Positions 8,854 to 18,880 of a stretch of DNA of 64,000 nucleotides are shown here, one piece after another. Made by a program: the position numbers and the translations under genes. Numbering within the stretch: position 1 is the first letter of the stretch; each line of letters starts with the position of its first letter. Origin of the DNA: a virus; IMG/VR virus record IMGVR_UViG_3300025668_000786, positions 6,751 to 70,750 of that record. The stretch is one strand, 5' to 3'. The notes beneath the pieces are model-generated. The model ran no database searches and was not told the origin of the DNA. It saw nothing but the letters and a program-made list of their open reading frames with translations.

Positions 8854-9978
8854 ATGAAAGTTTTGTATATATCACACTATAAAGAGCGCGGAGGTTGGGC
8901 GCAGGCAGCAATTGACAACATGTTAGCCCTAGATAAAATTGGGGTTGACGTGGTCTGTAGGCATGTTACTTTGACATCTGATAATGAAAATCTACCACCA
9001 AAGATAAAACAGCTTCAAGCTAAGTCCACAGAAGACTGCGATGTATGTATCCAACACGTACTTCCACACCATCTCGTAGGTACAGATAAATTCAAAAAGA
9101 ACATAGCCTATCTTGCCTCAGAGTCTACAAGTATTAAACATCTTGCATGGTTTGTGCATCTTCAACAAATGGACGAAGTTTGGGTTCCTAATGAACAAAG
9201 CAAAGGGTTCCTATTAGAGGATAAGCTTGGGAAGCCGGTAAAAGTAGTTCCCCACACGTTTAATATAGAAAACTACACCAAGAAGTATGAAGACATTCAG
9301 ATCCCACAGGCAAAAAACAGGTTTAAGTTTTATTACATCGGAGACTTAAACGACAGGAAAAACATTGATGCTATAATTAGGTGTTTTCACGCAGAATTTG
9401 ATAATTCCGAACAGGCTTGCTTGATACTAAAGATAAAGAAGTTTGGACATTCTCCTGAGCAGGTTCAGCAAGCGGTAGACAACAAAATAGTAGCAATAAA
9501 AAACTCATTGAGAATGTATCAAAATATTTCTGAATACAACAAAGATGTCATTATCTCAGAAGATGTAGATTCAGAAAAGATTTATGCTCTACACCAGGGT
9601 TGCGATTGTTTCATCTGCCCTTCACACGGAGAGGCGTGGTCTATTCCTTCATTCGAAGCGATGGCATTCGGCAATACACCCATCTGTTCAGACTTTGGTG
9701 GCCCTAGAGACTTCATAGATAAACAGGACCATCTTACTGGAAAACTGGTAGGAGGATCTTATGCTACTTGCCAGTGTTCAGATTCAGCTTTTCCCGACAT
9801 GTTCACAGGCAGAGAGTACTGGTTCAATCCATGCGACATGGAAATTAGGAAAGCGATGAGGTTTTACTATGAGAACCAAGACAAAAAGAGAGACAAAAAG
9901 GCTGGTGGACTAACAAGAGCAAAAAAATTCTCATACGAAAACATTGGCAATCTAATGAAAGGGTTTTTGAATGAGTAA
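8854..9978 (+). CDS. Glycosyltransferase, GT4-like
   Basis: FYYIGDLNDRKN, PSHGEAWSIPSFEAMAFG. Confidence 0.85.
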   Translation: MKVLYISHYKERGGWAQAAIDNMLALDKIGVDVVCRHVTLTSDNENLPPKIKQLQAKSTEDCDVCIQHVLPHHLVGTDKFKKNIAYLASESTSIKHLAWFVHLQQMDEVWVPNEQSKGFLLEDKLGKPVKVVPHTFNIENYTKKYEDIQIPQAKNRFKFYYIGDLNDRKNIDAIIRCFHAEFDNSEQACLILKIKKFGHSPEQVQQAVDNKIVAIKNSLRMYQNISEYNKDVIISEDVDSEKIYALHQGCDCFICPSHGEAWSIPSFEAMAFGNTPICSDFGGPRDFIDKQDHLTGKLVGGSYATCQCSDSAFPDMFTGREYWFNPCDMEIRKAMRFYYENQDKKRDKKAGGLTRAKKFSYENIGNLMKGFLNE

Positions 9979-10963
9979 CCAAACGTCATCAATTATAAGC
10001 AAAAGCACTTGTAAGAAAAAGACCTATAACATTCTTACATTCGACACCCACGAAAGATATCAAACCCAGCTAGCAAAGACCGGACATAACTTTTATGCCT
10101 TTAGATCTGATGGGTGTAAAGAATGGAATCAAGACTACGGTAAGCAACCAGAAAATTACTATACCCTCCCTAAAAATTCTATCTATCACGGTCTAGATTT
10201 TGATTTTATTTTGTCTCAAAGTAAATTTGGGCAGATACAAGCGTCCCGCCAAATAAATCAAATGCTGAAACTTCCAATTGTTTCTTTAGAGCATACGCTC
10301 CCAATACCAAGCTGGCCCGACGAACAATTTTCACAGCTAAGACAAATGACTGGAGACATAAATGTATTCATTTCTAAATACTCTGTGGGGCAATGGGGGC
10401 TTACAGGAGGGGTACATGAAGTAGTTCATCATTCTGTTGATACAGAACTTTTTAAACCAGGAGACGTAGAAAGACAAAAAACCGTACTAAGCGTAGTAAA
10501 CGACTTTAAGAATAGAGACTACTGTTGTAACTACGAAGGGTGGTGTCGTATCACAGAACCTCTGAAGGACAAGGTTAAGCTGGTAGGAGACAACCCAGGA
10601 ATTTCTGAAGCTATGGGTCCAGAGGGTCTCGTTAAGGAATACCAAAAAGCACTAATCTTTTTAAACACCTCTACGATTAGTCCGGTGCCGACCTCTTTGT
10701 TAGAAGCTATGGCTTGTGGGTGTGCAGTTGTAACTACTGCGACCTGCATGATCCCAGAGATAATTGCAGACGGAGTGAATGGATACATTTCTAATGACGA
10801 AGCCGTGCTAAAATCTCAGATACAAAACCTATTAAACAATCCCAGTATTGCTAAAGAGCTTGGTGAAAATGCACGACAAACAATATTAGAAAAGTTCAAT
10901 GAAGATTCATTTGTAAATAACTGGAACAACATCTTTAACAAAGCATATGGATTAAAAAAATGA
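9971..10963 (+). CDS. Glycosyltransferase, GT4-like
   Basis: HSVDTELFKP, PTSLLEAMACGCAVV, EIIADGVNG, LGENARQTI. Confidence 0.85.
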   Translation: MSNQTSSIISKSTCKKKTYNILTFDTHERYQTQLAKTGHNFYAFRSDGCKEWNQDYGKQPENYYTLPKNSIYHGLDFDFILSQSKFGQIQASRQINQMLKLPIVSLEHTLPIPSWPDEQFSQLRQMTGDINVFISKYSVGQWGLTGGVHEVVHHSVDTELFKPGDVERQKTVLSVVNDFKNRDYCCNYEGWCRITEPLKDKVKLVGDNPGISEAMGPEGLVKEYQKALIFLNTSTISPVPTSLLEAMACGCAVVTTATCMIPEIIADGVNGYISNDEAVLKSQIQNLLNNPSIAKELGENARQTILEKFNEDSFVNNWNNIFNKAYGLKK

Positions 10964-11382
10964 AATTACACGTATTAAAACAAGGTGAGATTGCTATAGA
11001 AGGATACAAAAAGGTGGAGCTTGGACCAGGGTTCACTCTATTTGGCTTAGAGGAGGTTTCAGACAATGAATCGGAAGAAATATTCGCCAACGACATTCTA
11101 GACGGCATACCACTGAACTTGACGCAACAGGTAGTTTCACAACTAGTTTCTAAGCTACGCATTGATGGCAGGCTCGTTATCGGTGGCACTGAATTAAGAG
11201 TCTTTCTTAGATCTTGTCTAAACCAAGGGATACCAGAGAGACAAGCAATAGAAACAATCGGCGCAAGTAGTTCTATGACAAACCTACAAACTTTATGCAC
11301 CTTGCTTTCTGGCGTAGGACTAGAAATAGAAGAGACAAGTATAAACGGCGTACACTGCGAGGTTCGATGTGTCAGAAAATAA
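10960..11382 (+). CDS. Hypothetical protein, degenerate class I methyltransferase-like
   Basis: EEIFANDILDGI...LVSKLRIDGRLVI resembles the DEIYASHVLEH...LKPGG.L pattern, but no clear SAM motif I; ATGA overlap. Confidence 0.5.
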   Translation: MKLHVLKQGEIAIEGYKKVELGPGFTLFGLEEVSDNESEEIFANDILDGIPLNLTQQVVSQLVSKLRIDGRLVIGGTELRVFLRSCLNQGIPERQAIETIGASSSMTNLQTLCTLLSGVGLEIEETSINGVHCEVRCVRK

Positions 11383-12181
11383 ACCAACTACAAACTGTAA
11401 ACATTGCGCATTTTCTATTAAAGATTCTAGCGATAGTAAACAGATTGGCTGTTTAGCGAATAGGATTTCTGCTTTTAGAGAGAATGGAAGTTCTGTAGTT
11501 GAAACGGTTAACGACAATGAATCGTATTATACAATACATGAGCTATGCAACCTCTTCAGAGACGAATCATGGAAGCACTATGAAGAAGCCTCTAATGTAC
11601 AGCTATTTGATAGAGAGGACATATACCTACACAAGGCTAAAGAAGAAATAACCACGTCTTTTGGTATTGTTGTCTATGACGAAGAAGAAGAATGCGAAAA
11701 ACTGAATCAGACAATAGAATCTATAAAATCATCTGTATTATGGGGGTCGGAATATCCAAAGAGTAATATAAGAATAGTAGTATCCATTTCGGAACAGAAA
11801 AAGAACTTGAAAGATTATCACAAACTTTTAGAATCATCTATAAGCGAGGGGTGGAATCTCTTTCTAGTTTTTAATTCTAAAGAAAGCCCCAAGGGCACAA
11901 GAGATTTTGACGCCTTTAAAAAGTGTGTCAGTGTAGATTACTTTGCGTACTGTAACAGCGGAGCTGTTTTGTCGAGTTCTACCCTGGGTAAAATCAACTC
12001 TAGTCTGAACCACAAGCTAGAAAAGATTATTACATTCTCACAAGACTCATTGTTCGGCCCTATAAACTTCGTCATGAAGAAAGTAGCAACATCCCAATAC
12101 CTCAAGTATAAAAATTTTCAAAACATGTTTGAACAAGTTAAGTCTGACTGTGTAGAAAACAGTATGCACAAGGAGCTTTAG
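11369..12181 (+). CDS. Hypothetical protein (N-terminal Cys cluster, possibly GT-A-like remainder)
   Basis: Coupled ORF in operon; CKHC..C..C at N-terminus. Confidence 0.55.
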   Translation: MSENKPTTNCKHCAFSIKDSSDSKQIGCLANRISAFRENGSSVVETVNDNESYYTIHELCNLFRDESWKHYEEASNVQLFDREDIYLHKAKEEITTSFGIVVYDEEEECEKLNQTIESIKSSVLWGSEYPKSNIRIVVSISEQKKNLKDYHKLLESSISEGWNLFLVFNSKESPKGTRDFDAFKKCVSVDYFAYCNSGAVLSSSTLGKINSSLNHKLEKIITFSQDSLFGPINFVMKKVATSQYLKYKNFQNMFEQVKSDCVENSMHKEL

Positions 12182-12192
12182 GTTCATAATAT

Positions 12193-12930
12193 ATGAGAAA
12201 GAAATCAGGCTTTATTACAACACCTATTGCTGAGGTTAGACAAAAAGAAGACCTAGTAACGTTTGTCTTGCTTGCAGAAAACTACGGATATAGAATGAAG
12301 TCGCGTGGCGCTCTTTCTTTAGTCGAAGTAAAAGGCAAAACATTGCTAGAAATACAAATGCAAGCAATTGGAGCCTTTTTTCCGAATTTTGAGATTATCT
12401 TATGTTGTGGATACGACTCGAAGAATGTATACAAGTTTATTAAAAATAAGATAAGAAAACCAGAAATAAGAATTGTAGAAAATCAAGTATATGAAAATTC
12501 CAACTGTTGTGAAACAGCAAGAATAGCACTAAACAACACCTTAAACGATAAAATTGTAATTATGAGCGGCGGCCTATTAATAACCCCCGAGCATTTAAAG
12601 TCTATAAATACGTCGAACACTTGTATATTAAGCCAGTCAGAGTTGAAGTCCGATGAATTCCAAGTAGGAGTCATAGAAGACAAAGGAGTGGTCCAAAACA
12701 TGTGCCTAGGGATAAAACAAAGAAGCTGGTTAGACTTCCTATACCTAAATGGAGAGAAGGATATAGAAGACTTTTACAATGTTATAAGTTCAATCGATTT
12801 CAAAAATAGGTTCCTATTTGAAGCAATCAACCAAATGATAAAGACCAACACGGTAGAAAACGTAGATGTAGACACTAATAAAACAATAAAGATAAATAGT
12901 ATAAAATCACTAAAAAGGATAGAATTATGA
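12193..12930 (+). CDS. Sugar/choline-phosphate nucleotidyltransferase-like protein (degenerate motif)
   Basis: VLLAENYGYRMKS.G.LSLV.V.GKTLLE.Q, IILCCGY, IVENQVYENSN. Confidence 0.65.
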   Translation: MRKKSGFITTPIAEVRQKEDLVTFVLLAENYGYRMKSRGALSLVEVKGKTLLEIQMQAIGAFFPNFEIILCCGYDSKNVYKFIKNKIRKPEIRIVENQVYENSNCCETARIALNNTLNDKIVIMSGGLLITPEHLKSINTSNTCILSQSELKSDEFQVGVIEDKGVVQNMCLGIKQRSWLDFLYLNGEKDIEDFYNVISSIDFKNRFLFEAINQMIKTNTVENVDVDTNKTIKINSIKSLKRIEL

Positions 12931-13781
12931 AGGTGCTCATAGAAAATTACTCCTCTACGACAAGTACGGAACCGATCTACTTCGAACAAACTATGAAGAG
13001 GGTTGGAATCGAGGCTATTGTGTGGAACAGAAATCAGATTAGTACATACGATGTGTTTGACAGGGTTCAGCCGGATCTCTTCATTACCCATCACAATCGC
13101 CTAGATAATGATATTGTAAAGTACCTTTTTGGCTCTACAAAACCGTTGGACCTAGTGCTAAATGTAACCGACCTTGATGAAGAAAAATCAGTGGCACTAA
13201 ACCAACTGTTGAAAGATTTAAAAGCAAAAAAAGTAAAGACACCATTTGTTTTTTCAAACACTCCAGAGGGAACACCAGAGGCTAGGTTGAAAGATTTTAA
13301 GACTCATAGCATACTACCTGGGGCAGACCTCTTTATTCCGAATCATTCGGGTTTAGATTTCGAAATAGATGCAGCTAGGGTCTATATGAGCGAGCTAGAC
13401 CACGACTTCAATGGTGAGCACGAGACGTATCACAATATAGAAATAGGAGAGAAAACTGAATTCTCTGACTTCTCTGCTACGGCTGTGGACATGATACCCC
13501 TCTACTCAAAGTACAAGCAGATATGCTTTATAGGAAGGCCAGAAGATCTTGTTTCTCAACTTTTGTTTGACGCTAAAATACGACACGATAATGTGAAACT
13601 AGTGTCAGATGACCAAGAAAGGCTCGATACCATCCTGAAGGACGTGTGTAAAACCAACTTTGCGTCCCCTCAAGATATAAAGACTAGACACACCTGTCTA
13701 CACAGAACAAAAAGATTGCTATCTAAGTTAAAAGTAAATGTCAACCAGCAGGCTCTAGAACAAATGATAGGGAGTTTATAG
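12927..13781 (+). CDS. Hypothetical protein (possibly degenerate GT-B-like)
   Basis: ATGA-coupled ORF; QPDLFITH and C-terminal HTCLHR.K.LL are reminiscent of GT-B termini. Confidence 0.5.
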   Translation: MKVLIENYSSTTSTEPIYFEQTMKRVGIEAIVWNRNQISTYDVFDRVQPDLFITHHNRLDNDIVKYLFGSTKPLDLVLNVTDLDEEKSVALNQLLKDLKAKKVKTPFVFSNTPEGTPEARLKDFKTHSILPGADLFIPNHSGLDFEIDAARVYMSELDHDFNGEHETYHNIEIGEKTEFSDFSATAVDMIPLYSKYKQICFIGRPEDLVSQLLFDAKIRHDNVKLVSDDQERLDTILKDVCKTNFASPQDIKTRHTCLHRTKRLLSKLKVNVNQQALEQMIGSL

Positions 13782-14497
13782 TGAAGCTGCTAATACAATT
13801 TCCAACACTAGCCAGACCAGAAAAGTTTTTGAAGTGTCTCGATAAATACGTAGACATGGCGAGCACTCGTCATCAATTGTTTTTTAACGTAAACTGTGAC
13901 GCCGATGACCTCAGTATGAACAGTAGCGGTACGAAGAGAATGATCGCGGACATTATCTATGGCTATCACTACACAGACGGCCAGATTAACTTTGACAAAA
14001 ACACCGAGAAGATTAGTGCCATAAATTCCCACATTGATGACTGTTATTTCGATTTTGACATTGTAATCTGCGCTTCAGATGATATGATACCACTTGAACA
14101 CGGCTGGGACGATGAGATAGCTTCGGCTATGACTGAACATTTTCCTGACCTTGACGGATGTACCCACTTTAACGATGGGTACACTCACAACAAACTAATT
14201 ACCTTTTCCATACTAGGCAGAAAGCTTTATGAACATTTTGGATACGTGTATCACCCAGACTATAAGAGTCTATACTGTGACAACGAATTCACACAAGAAG
14301 TCATTAGACTTGGAAAAGCTGCCTATATAAACAAAGTTATCATTAGACATGAACACTACGGCGAAGAGGGAAATAGCAATACTGGCGATGTAGACTTCGC
14401 GGCTCAGAAAACCCTACACTATGCAGGGAGAGACGGTTTAGTGTTCAAAAGCAGAGAAGAACGAGGGTTTCCTAGAGAGAGAATAACAAATGACTAA
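13781..14497 (+). CDS. Glycosyltransferase family 2-like (GT-A)
   Basis: PTLARP, DIVICASDDM (DxD region), YKSLYCDNE, IIRHEH. Confidence 0.78.
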   Translation: MKLLIQFPTLARPEKFLKCLDKYVDMASTRHQLFFNVNCDADDLSMNSSGTKRMIADIIYGYHYTDGQINFDKNTEKISAINSHIDDCYFDFDIVICASDDMIPLEHGWDDEIASAMTEHFPDLDGCTHFNDGYTHNKLITFSILGRKLYEHFGYVYHPDYKSLYCDNEFTQEVIRLGKAAYINKVIIRHEHYGEEGNSNTGDVDFAAQKTLHYAGRDGLVFKSREERGFPRERITND

Positions 14498-14660
14498 TAT
14501 ACTAATAAACTTTGCTCACGGTAAATATATAGACTCTCGCAAAAACAACTCAGAAACGGGCCTATCAATAGGTGGCTTTGATAAAGTTTGTGAATATGGA
14601 ATGTCAGATATAGATTCAAACTTTTACAAAAAGAACAAGCATATTCTAGTTTGGATATAG
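14490..14660 (+). pseudogene. 56-aa truncated remnant of a putative glycosyltransferase-like gene
   Basis: MTNILINFAHGKY...TGLSIGGFDKV.EY..SDIDSNFYKKNKHIL then VWI-stop; resembles (from recall) the N-terminus of a family that continues RG.GYW.WKP; start overlaps upstream stop. Confidence 0.55.
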
Positions 14661-14662
14661 TT

Positions 14663-15349
14663 ATGAATAAAGTCATTGCATTTAGTCTTTGGGGTAATAA
14701 CCCAAGGTATACTCAAGGAATGGTTAGAAACGCTGAATTAGCACAAGAAATATACCCAGACTGGATTGTAAGATGCTATACAGGCGAAGATGTGGACAAC
14801 GAGCTAAAAGTAAAACTCAAAGATCTTGGTGTGCAAATTGTCGAAATGGGAGGTGCAGACTGGAACGGTATGTTTTGGAGATTCCTAGCTGCTGACTCAG
14901 ACGATACCATGATGTCTAGAGACGCAGATTCAAGACTTAGCTACAGGGAAAAACTAGCTGTTGATGAATGGTTAGATAGCGATAAAGACTTTCACATCAT
15001 GCGTGACCACCAATATCACGGAATTCCAATTCTAGGAGGCATGTGGGGAGTCAGAAATGGTGCGTTGAAAGGTATGAGACAAATGATAGAAGACTACGAC
15101 AAGAGAGAGTACGACAACAAATACCAAGTAGACCAAAAGCTCTTAGAAGCTGTGGTGTATCCTCTTGTTGTAAATGTATCATACGTACATGATGAGTTTT
15201 TTCAGATTAACAGATTTCCCGGAATGGAACGAAATCCATCTTTCTTTGTTGGTCAGGCTTATAACGGGAATGATAAAATTCTAGACGCACCCGGAAACTT
15301 CAAGGATTACATATCGGAAGAAAGGAAATATTATGAAAGTGCAAGCTAA
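14663..15349 (+). CDS. Conserved putative glycosyltransferase-like protein
   Basis: IAFSLWG, MFWRFL, SRDADSR, FHIMRDH..H..PILGGMWG motifs; DxD-like. Confidence 0.65.
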   Translation: MNKVIAFSLWGNNPRYTQGMVRNAELAQEIYPDWIVRCYTGEDVDNELKVKLKDLGVQIVEMGGADWNGMFWRFLAADSDDTMMSRDADSRLSYREKLAVDEWLDSDKDFHIMRDHQYHGIPILGGMWGVRNGALKGMRQMIEDYDKREYDNKYQVDQKLLEAVVYPLVVNVSYVHDEFFQINRFPGMERNPSFFVGQAYNGNDKILDAPGNFKDYISEERKYYESAS

Positions 15350-16154
15350 TGTAATGATTCAGAACGAAGCACTGATTCTTCCACATGTATACGAATATTG
15401 GAAGGATTACCCCATTGACAAGTGGGTGTTTTACGACGATAACTCTTCAGACAACACTGCTGAGGTTATTAAAAGTCTATTTAAAGATAAGTCATTTGTC
15501 TTTGAAGGAAAAAGAGCAGAGTTTAATGAAAGCCATAACCGCTCACAGATGTTAGAATTCTCTAGAGATGCTGGGGCGGATTTTGTTCTATCGATAGATG
15601 CTGATGAGCTACTATCCACATCCTGGTTAGAAAATTGGGAATCCGTTACACAAAATAGTTCACGGTTTGATGTAGAGTATTACTGGTATAATGTAGTTGG
15701 AACAGTCAGAAAAATTAGACAAGACCCTATGTATCGTAATAACTATAGAACATTTCTACTGCCGATGAGTAAAACCGGAAAATTCGACATGACACAATAT
15801 AAGTACCACACTCCAAGAACACCGCCTGTTGAACTTGAAAAGGCGACTTGTAAAGATGCAGGGGTAATACATCTACAATCAATCAACACTAGATATTACG
15901 CCTTAAAACAGCTATGGTATAAGCACTATGAGTACAAAACATGGAATCATTCAACGGAATTTATAAACAATAGATATGACCCGGTAGTAAATAATTTGAA
16001 CTTCATGGAACAAGACACACCCGAGTACATCTATAGTGGCATAGAGTTTGACGCCTCAGTATACGATCAAATGGAAGAAACAAAAGGTTATAGAAAGTTT
16101 ATTTTGGAAAACTACAACGAAGAGTTGGTAACCTTCGGTAAAGAATACTTATAA
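15333..16154 (+). CDS. Glycosyltransferase family 2-like
   Basis: IQNEA..L, YDDNSSDNT, VLSIDADE. Confidence 0.8.
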   Translation: MKVQANVMIQNEALILPHVYEYWKDYPIDKWVFYDDNSSDNTAEVIKSLFKDKSFVFEGKRAEFNESHNRSQMLEFSRDAGADFVLSIDADELLSTSWLENWESVTQNSSRFDVEYYWYNVVGTVRKIRQDPMYRNNYRTFLLPMSKTGKFDMTQYKYHTPRTPPVELEKATCKDAGVIHLQSINTRYYALKQLWYKHYEYKTWNHSTEFINNRYDPVVNNLNFMEQDTPEYIYSGIEFDASVYDQMEETKGYRKFILENYNEELVTFGKEYL

Positions 16155-16163
16155 GGATAAAAA

Positions 16164-16247
16164 ATGATCGAGATAATACACGACCACAAGCGAGGCTGGA
16201 GAAATAATATTGACGACTGCTTATATGTTAGGAGGGATCTTCTATGA
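16164..16247 (+). pseudogene. 27-aa mini-ORF, possible internally deleted gene remnant
   Basis: AAGGA SD upstream, MIEIIHDHKRGWRNNIDDCLYVRRDLL, ATGA overlap with the next gene. Confidence 0.35.
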
Positions 16248-17164
16248 AAATACAAAAAATAATAACATCCGTAAATATTGCTAATGACTATTTAACTTTT
16301 GCCCCAACGCTTTGTAAGATATGGAGAGAGTTGCATGGCCTAGACCCGATTGTAGCATTTATTAAATCTGATAATGAAGACCTTAACTATATTTGCCAAG
16401 AGTATTTACTGAAAAGCTCGTGCAATCTGATCACCTTTGACAAAATCAATGATATACTAGACAACGAAACAGAATTAATTAGTAAGAGCCTTATAGACTA
16501 TGGAATACAAAGTAAAATATCAAGAATGTTCCTCGCCGCAGAGTTTACTGATTCCAATAATATGATTGTTGATATCGATATGCTCCCAATGACATCTAAG
16601 TTTCTAGAGTCTTATCATATTTCTCCTGAAGACCACTTGGTAAAATTTGGGAGTGATCACTTTTCTTTCCAGAAACACCCAGACATTGGAAAGTGGCCAA
16701 TGCACGGTACGGCAGCTAGAGGCAGTACCTTTAGAGAAATTATAAATCCTGACGGTTTGGCATACGAAGAATTAATAAGATCTTGGGTGGGATTTCCTCA
16801 AGATCCTAGATCAAATGTATTCAACCCTTTCCACGGGTTCTCAGACGAATCTTTGTTAAAATGTCTTCATGATCGCTGGTCTGGCAAAGATGATAGGTGT
16901 ACTACAATTCTAAGAACAGGCGTGGATGGAGATTACAACTCAGAACCAGTTTATGGTCGCTTATGCAGATCCCGTCATCATGACATTAGTAACACGGATT
17001 TGACTAAATATTACGAGTGTCATGGGCCAAGACCGTTTCATAAGAACTTAGAATGGTATAAGCAACTATTTAACTTTATGGGCTTCGAAAAGACACCAAC
17101 TCTTAGTTTTAGCGAGAAACAATCGATAGAACAGTCAATACTATTTGGGGCATCAACAGGATAG
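16244..17164 (+). CDS. Hypothetical protein, putative GT-A-like
   Basis: SRMF, IVDIDMLP (DxD), SDE..L, ECHGPRP; located in glycosylation island. Confidence 0.55.
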   Translation: MKIQKIITSVNIANDYLTFAPTLCKIWRELHGLDPIVAFIKSDNEDLNYICQEYLLKSSCNLITFDKINDILDNETELISKSLIDYGIQSKISRMFLAAEFTDSNNMIVDIDMLPMTSKFLESYHISPEDHLVKFGSDHFSFQKHPDIGKWPMHGTAARGSTFREIINPDGLAYEELIRSWVGFPQDPRSNVFNPFHGFSDESLLKCLHDRWSGKDDRCTTILRTGVDGDYNSEPVYGRLCRSRHHDISNTDLTKYYECHGPRPFHKNLEWYKQLFNFMGFEKTPTLSFSEKQSIEQSILFGASTG

Positions 17165-17167
17165 AAA

Positions 17168-17872
17168 ATGAATAAAATAAGCACAATATTTACGGTATAC
17201 AAAAGAGATTCTTTAGAAGAACAGCTAGACAGGATGTCAAATCAAACCGTAAACTCTGACTTTTACGTATGGCAAAACGAAAACCATGTAGATATCTCTG
17301 GTCTAAGAGAAAAGTACGACTTCTCACATATTCATTCATTAAATCGCAACTGGAAATATCACGGTAGGTTTACCATTCCCCTAATGCTCACCACGGAGTA
17401 CACGGTTATATTAGACGATGACACTCTACCTAACCCAAGGTGGTTAGAAAGTTGTATAAAATTATGTTCAGAGAAAAACTGTATTGTTGGAGGAAATGGA
17501 AGACTGTTACAACCATCAAATCTCAGGCATCAAATCGCGGTAGACCAGCCAAACAGGGATCACGAGGTAGACTTCGTCGGCCACGCTTGGTTTTTTAAAA
17601 CAGAATGGGCTAGAGACTTTTGGAAAGAACCAGTCATTTCCCATTATACAGCAGAAGACATTGCTTTCTGCGCTACATTAAAGACGATGAAGGGTATTCC
17701 ATCCTACGTCCCAGACTTTACAATTGAAGAACAGCGTGGTGATTCTGACAAGGCTAAATACGGAGTAGACCACAACGTAATACAGGATTCTGCCCATATA
17801 AATAAACACTTTGGTGAGAGATTAAAAGTCATAGAACATTGGATAGATAGAGGGTGGAAGCCATGCTCTTGA
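17168..17872 (+). CDS. Glycosyltransferase family 2-like
   Basis: TVYKR, VILDDDTLP..RWLE, VDFVGHAWF, EDIAF. Confidence 0.75.
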   Translation: MNKISTIFTVYKRDSLEEQLDRMSNQTVNSDFYVWQNENHVDISGLREKYDFSHIHSLNRNWKYHGRFTIPLMLTTEYTVILDDDTLPNPRWLESCIKLCSEKNCIVGGNGRLLQPSNLRHQIAVDQPNRDHEVDFVGHAWFFKTEWARDFWKEPVISHYTAEDIAFCATLKTMKGIPSYVPDFTIEEQRGDSDKAKYGVDHNVIQDSAHINKHFGERLKVIEHWIDRGWKPCS

Positions 17873-18879
17873 TAGCATTTGGAACAAGACCTGAGTGGAT
17901 TAAAATTAGACCTGTGGTAGAAGCCATACAGGGGAAGATCCCCCACAAGCTGCTATTTACCGGACAGCATACCGACTTAATAGACGAGGTAGCACAAGAG
18001 TTTACAAATATTACTCTTGAAATTGAAGACATGTGCAACGTCAGGCTTGACTCTATTGTTGCGTCGATACTAAAACAAATTCCTTCTGATATGTATGGTG
18101 CTACACGACTAATGGTACAGGGGGATACCACGACTGTTTTTGCTGTAGCTTTAGCAGCTTTTCATAGACAAATACCTATAATTCATTTAGAGGCCGGGTT
18201 GCGCACCTGGGATAATAAGCAACCGTACCCAGAAGAATTCAATAGGCAGTCCGTTGCCTCAATGGCTAGTATACATTTATGTCCAACCAGCCTTTCGATG
18301 AAGAATCTACTAAGAGAAGAACGACATCATAATTCTGAAATTCACGTTGTTGGGAATACCGCTTTAGACAACTTAAGAAACCAACTTCCGAACCAAGACT
18401 ATCAAGTTCTCATTACTTTACATAGACGCGAAAACCACAAGAATATTGCCGAATGGTTTAGTGTAATTAATAAGATAGCTGAAGAAAATACTGATTTGTT
18501 TTTTGTCCTACCGATCCACCCAAATCCAAATGTTTTAAAACATAGAGACATACTAACAAACGTAGAAGTTTGCGATCCTCTGCCCCACCATTACTTATTG
18601 AAGCATCTTAAAGACTCAAGACTGGTAATAACCGACAGCGGTGGAATACAAGAAGAGGCCGCATACTTTCATAAGCCTTGCATAGTATGTCGAGAAAAAA
18701 CAGAAAGGCTTGAGGGTGTGGGAGACTTTTCTTGGATATGCAAAAAGCCATCAGAGCTAAACGGTTTGTTTGACCAACTTAAAAACACAAAAATAAACAA
18801 ATCATGGCAATGTCCATATGGTGACGGATATGCTAGCGAAAAAATATTAAACATCTTGGAAGCCCATCAGGTCAATTAA
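17863..18879 (+). CDS. wecB: UDP-N-acetylglucosamine 2-epimerase (non-hydrolysing)
   Basis: FGTRPE.IK, TGQH, VQGDTTT, HLEAGLRT, PEEFNR, TLHRREN, TDSGGIQEEA, PYGDG.AS. Confidence 0.93.
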   Translation: MLLIAFGTRPEWIKIRPVVEAIQGKIPHKLLFTGQHTDLIDEVAQEFTNITLEIEDMCNVRLDSIVASILKQIPSDMYGATRLMVQGDTTTVFAVALAAFHRQIPIIHLEAGLRTWDNKQPYPEEFNRQSVASMASIHLCPTSLSMKNLLREERHHNSEIHVVGNTALDNLRNQLPNQDYQVLITLHRRENHKNIAEWFSVINKIAEENTDLFFVLPIHPNPNVLKHRDILTNVEVCDPLPHHYLLKHLKDSRLVITDSGGIQEEAAYFHKPCIVCREKTERLEGVGDFSWICKKPSELNGLFDQLKNTKINKSWQCPYGDGYASEKILNILEAHQVN

Positions 18880-18880
18880 C

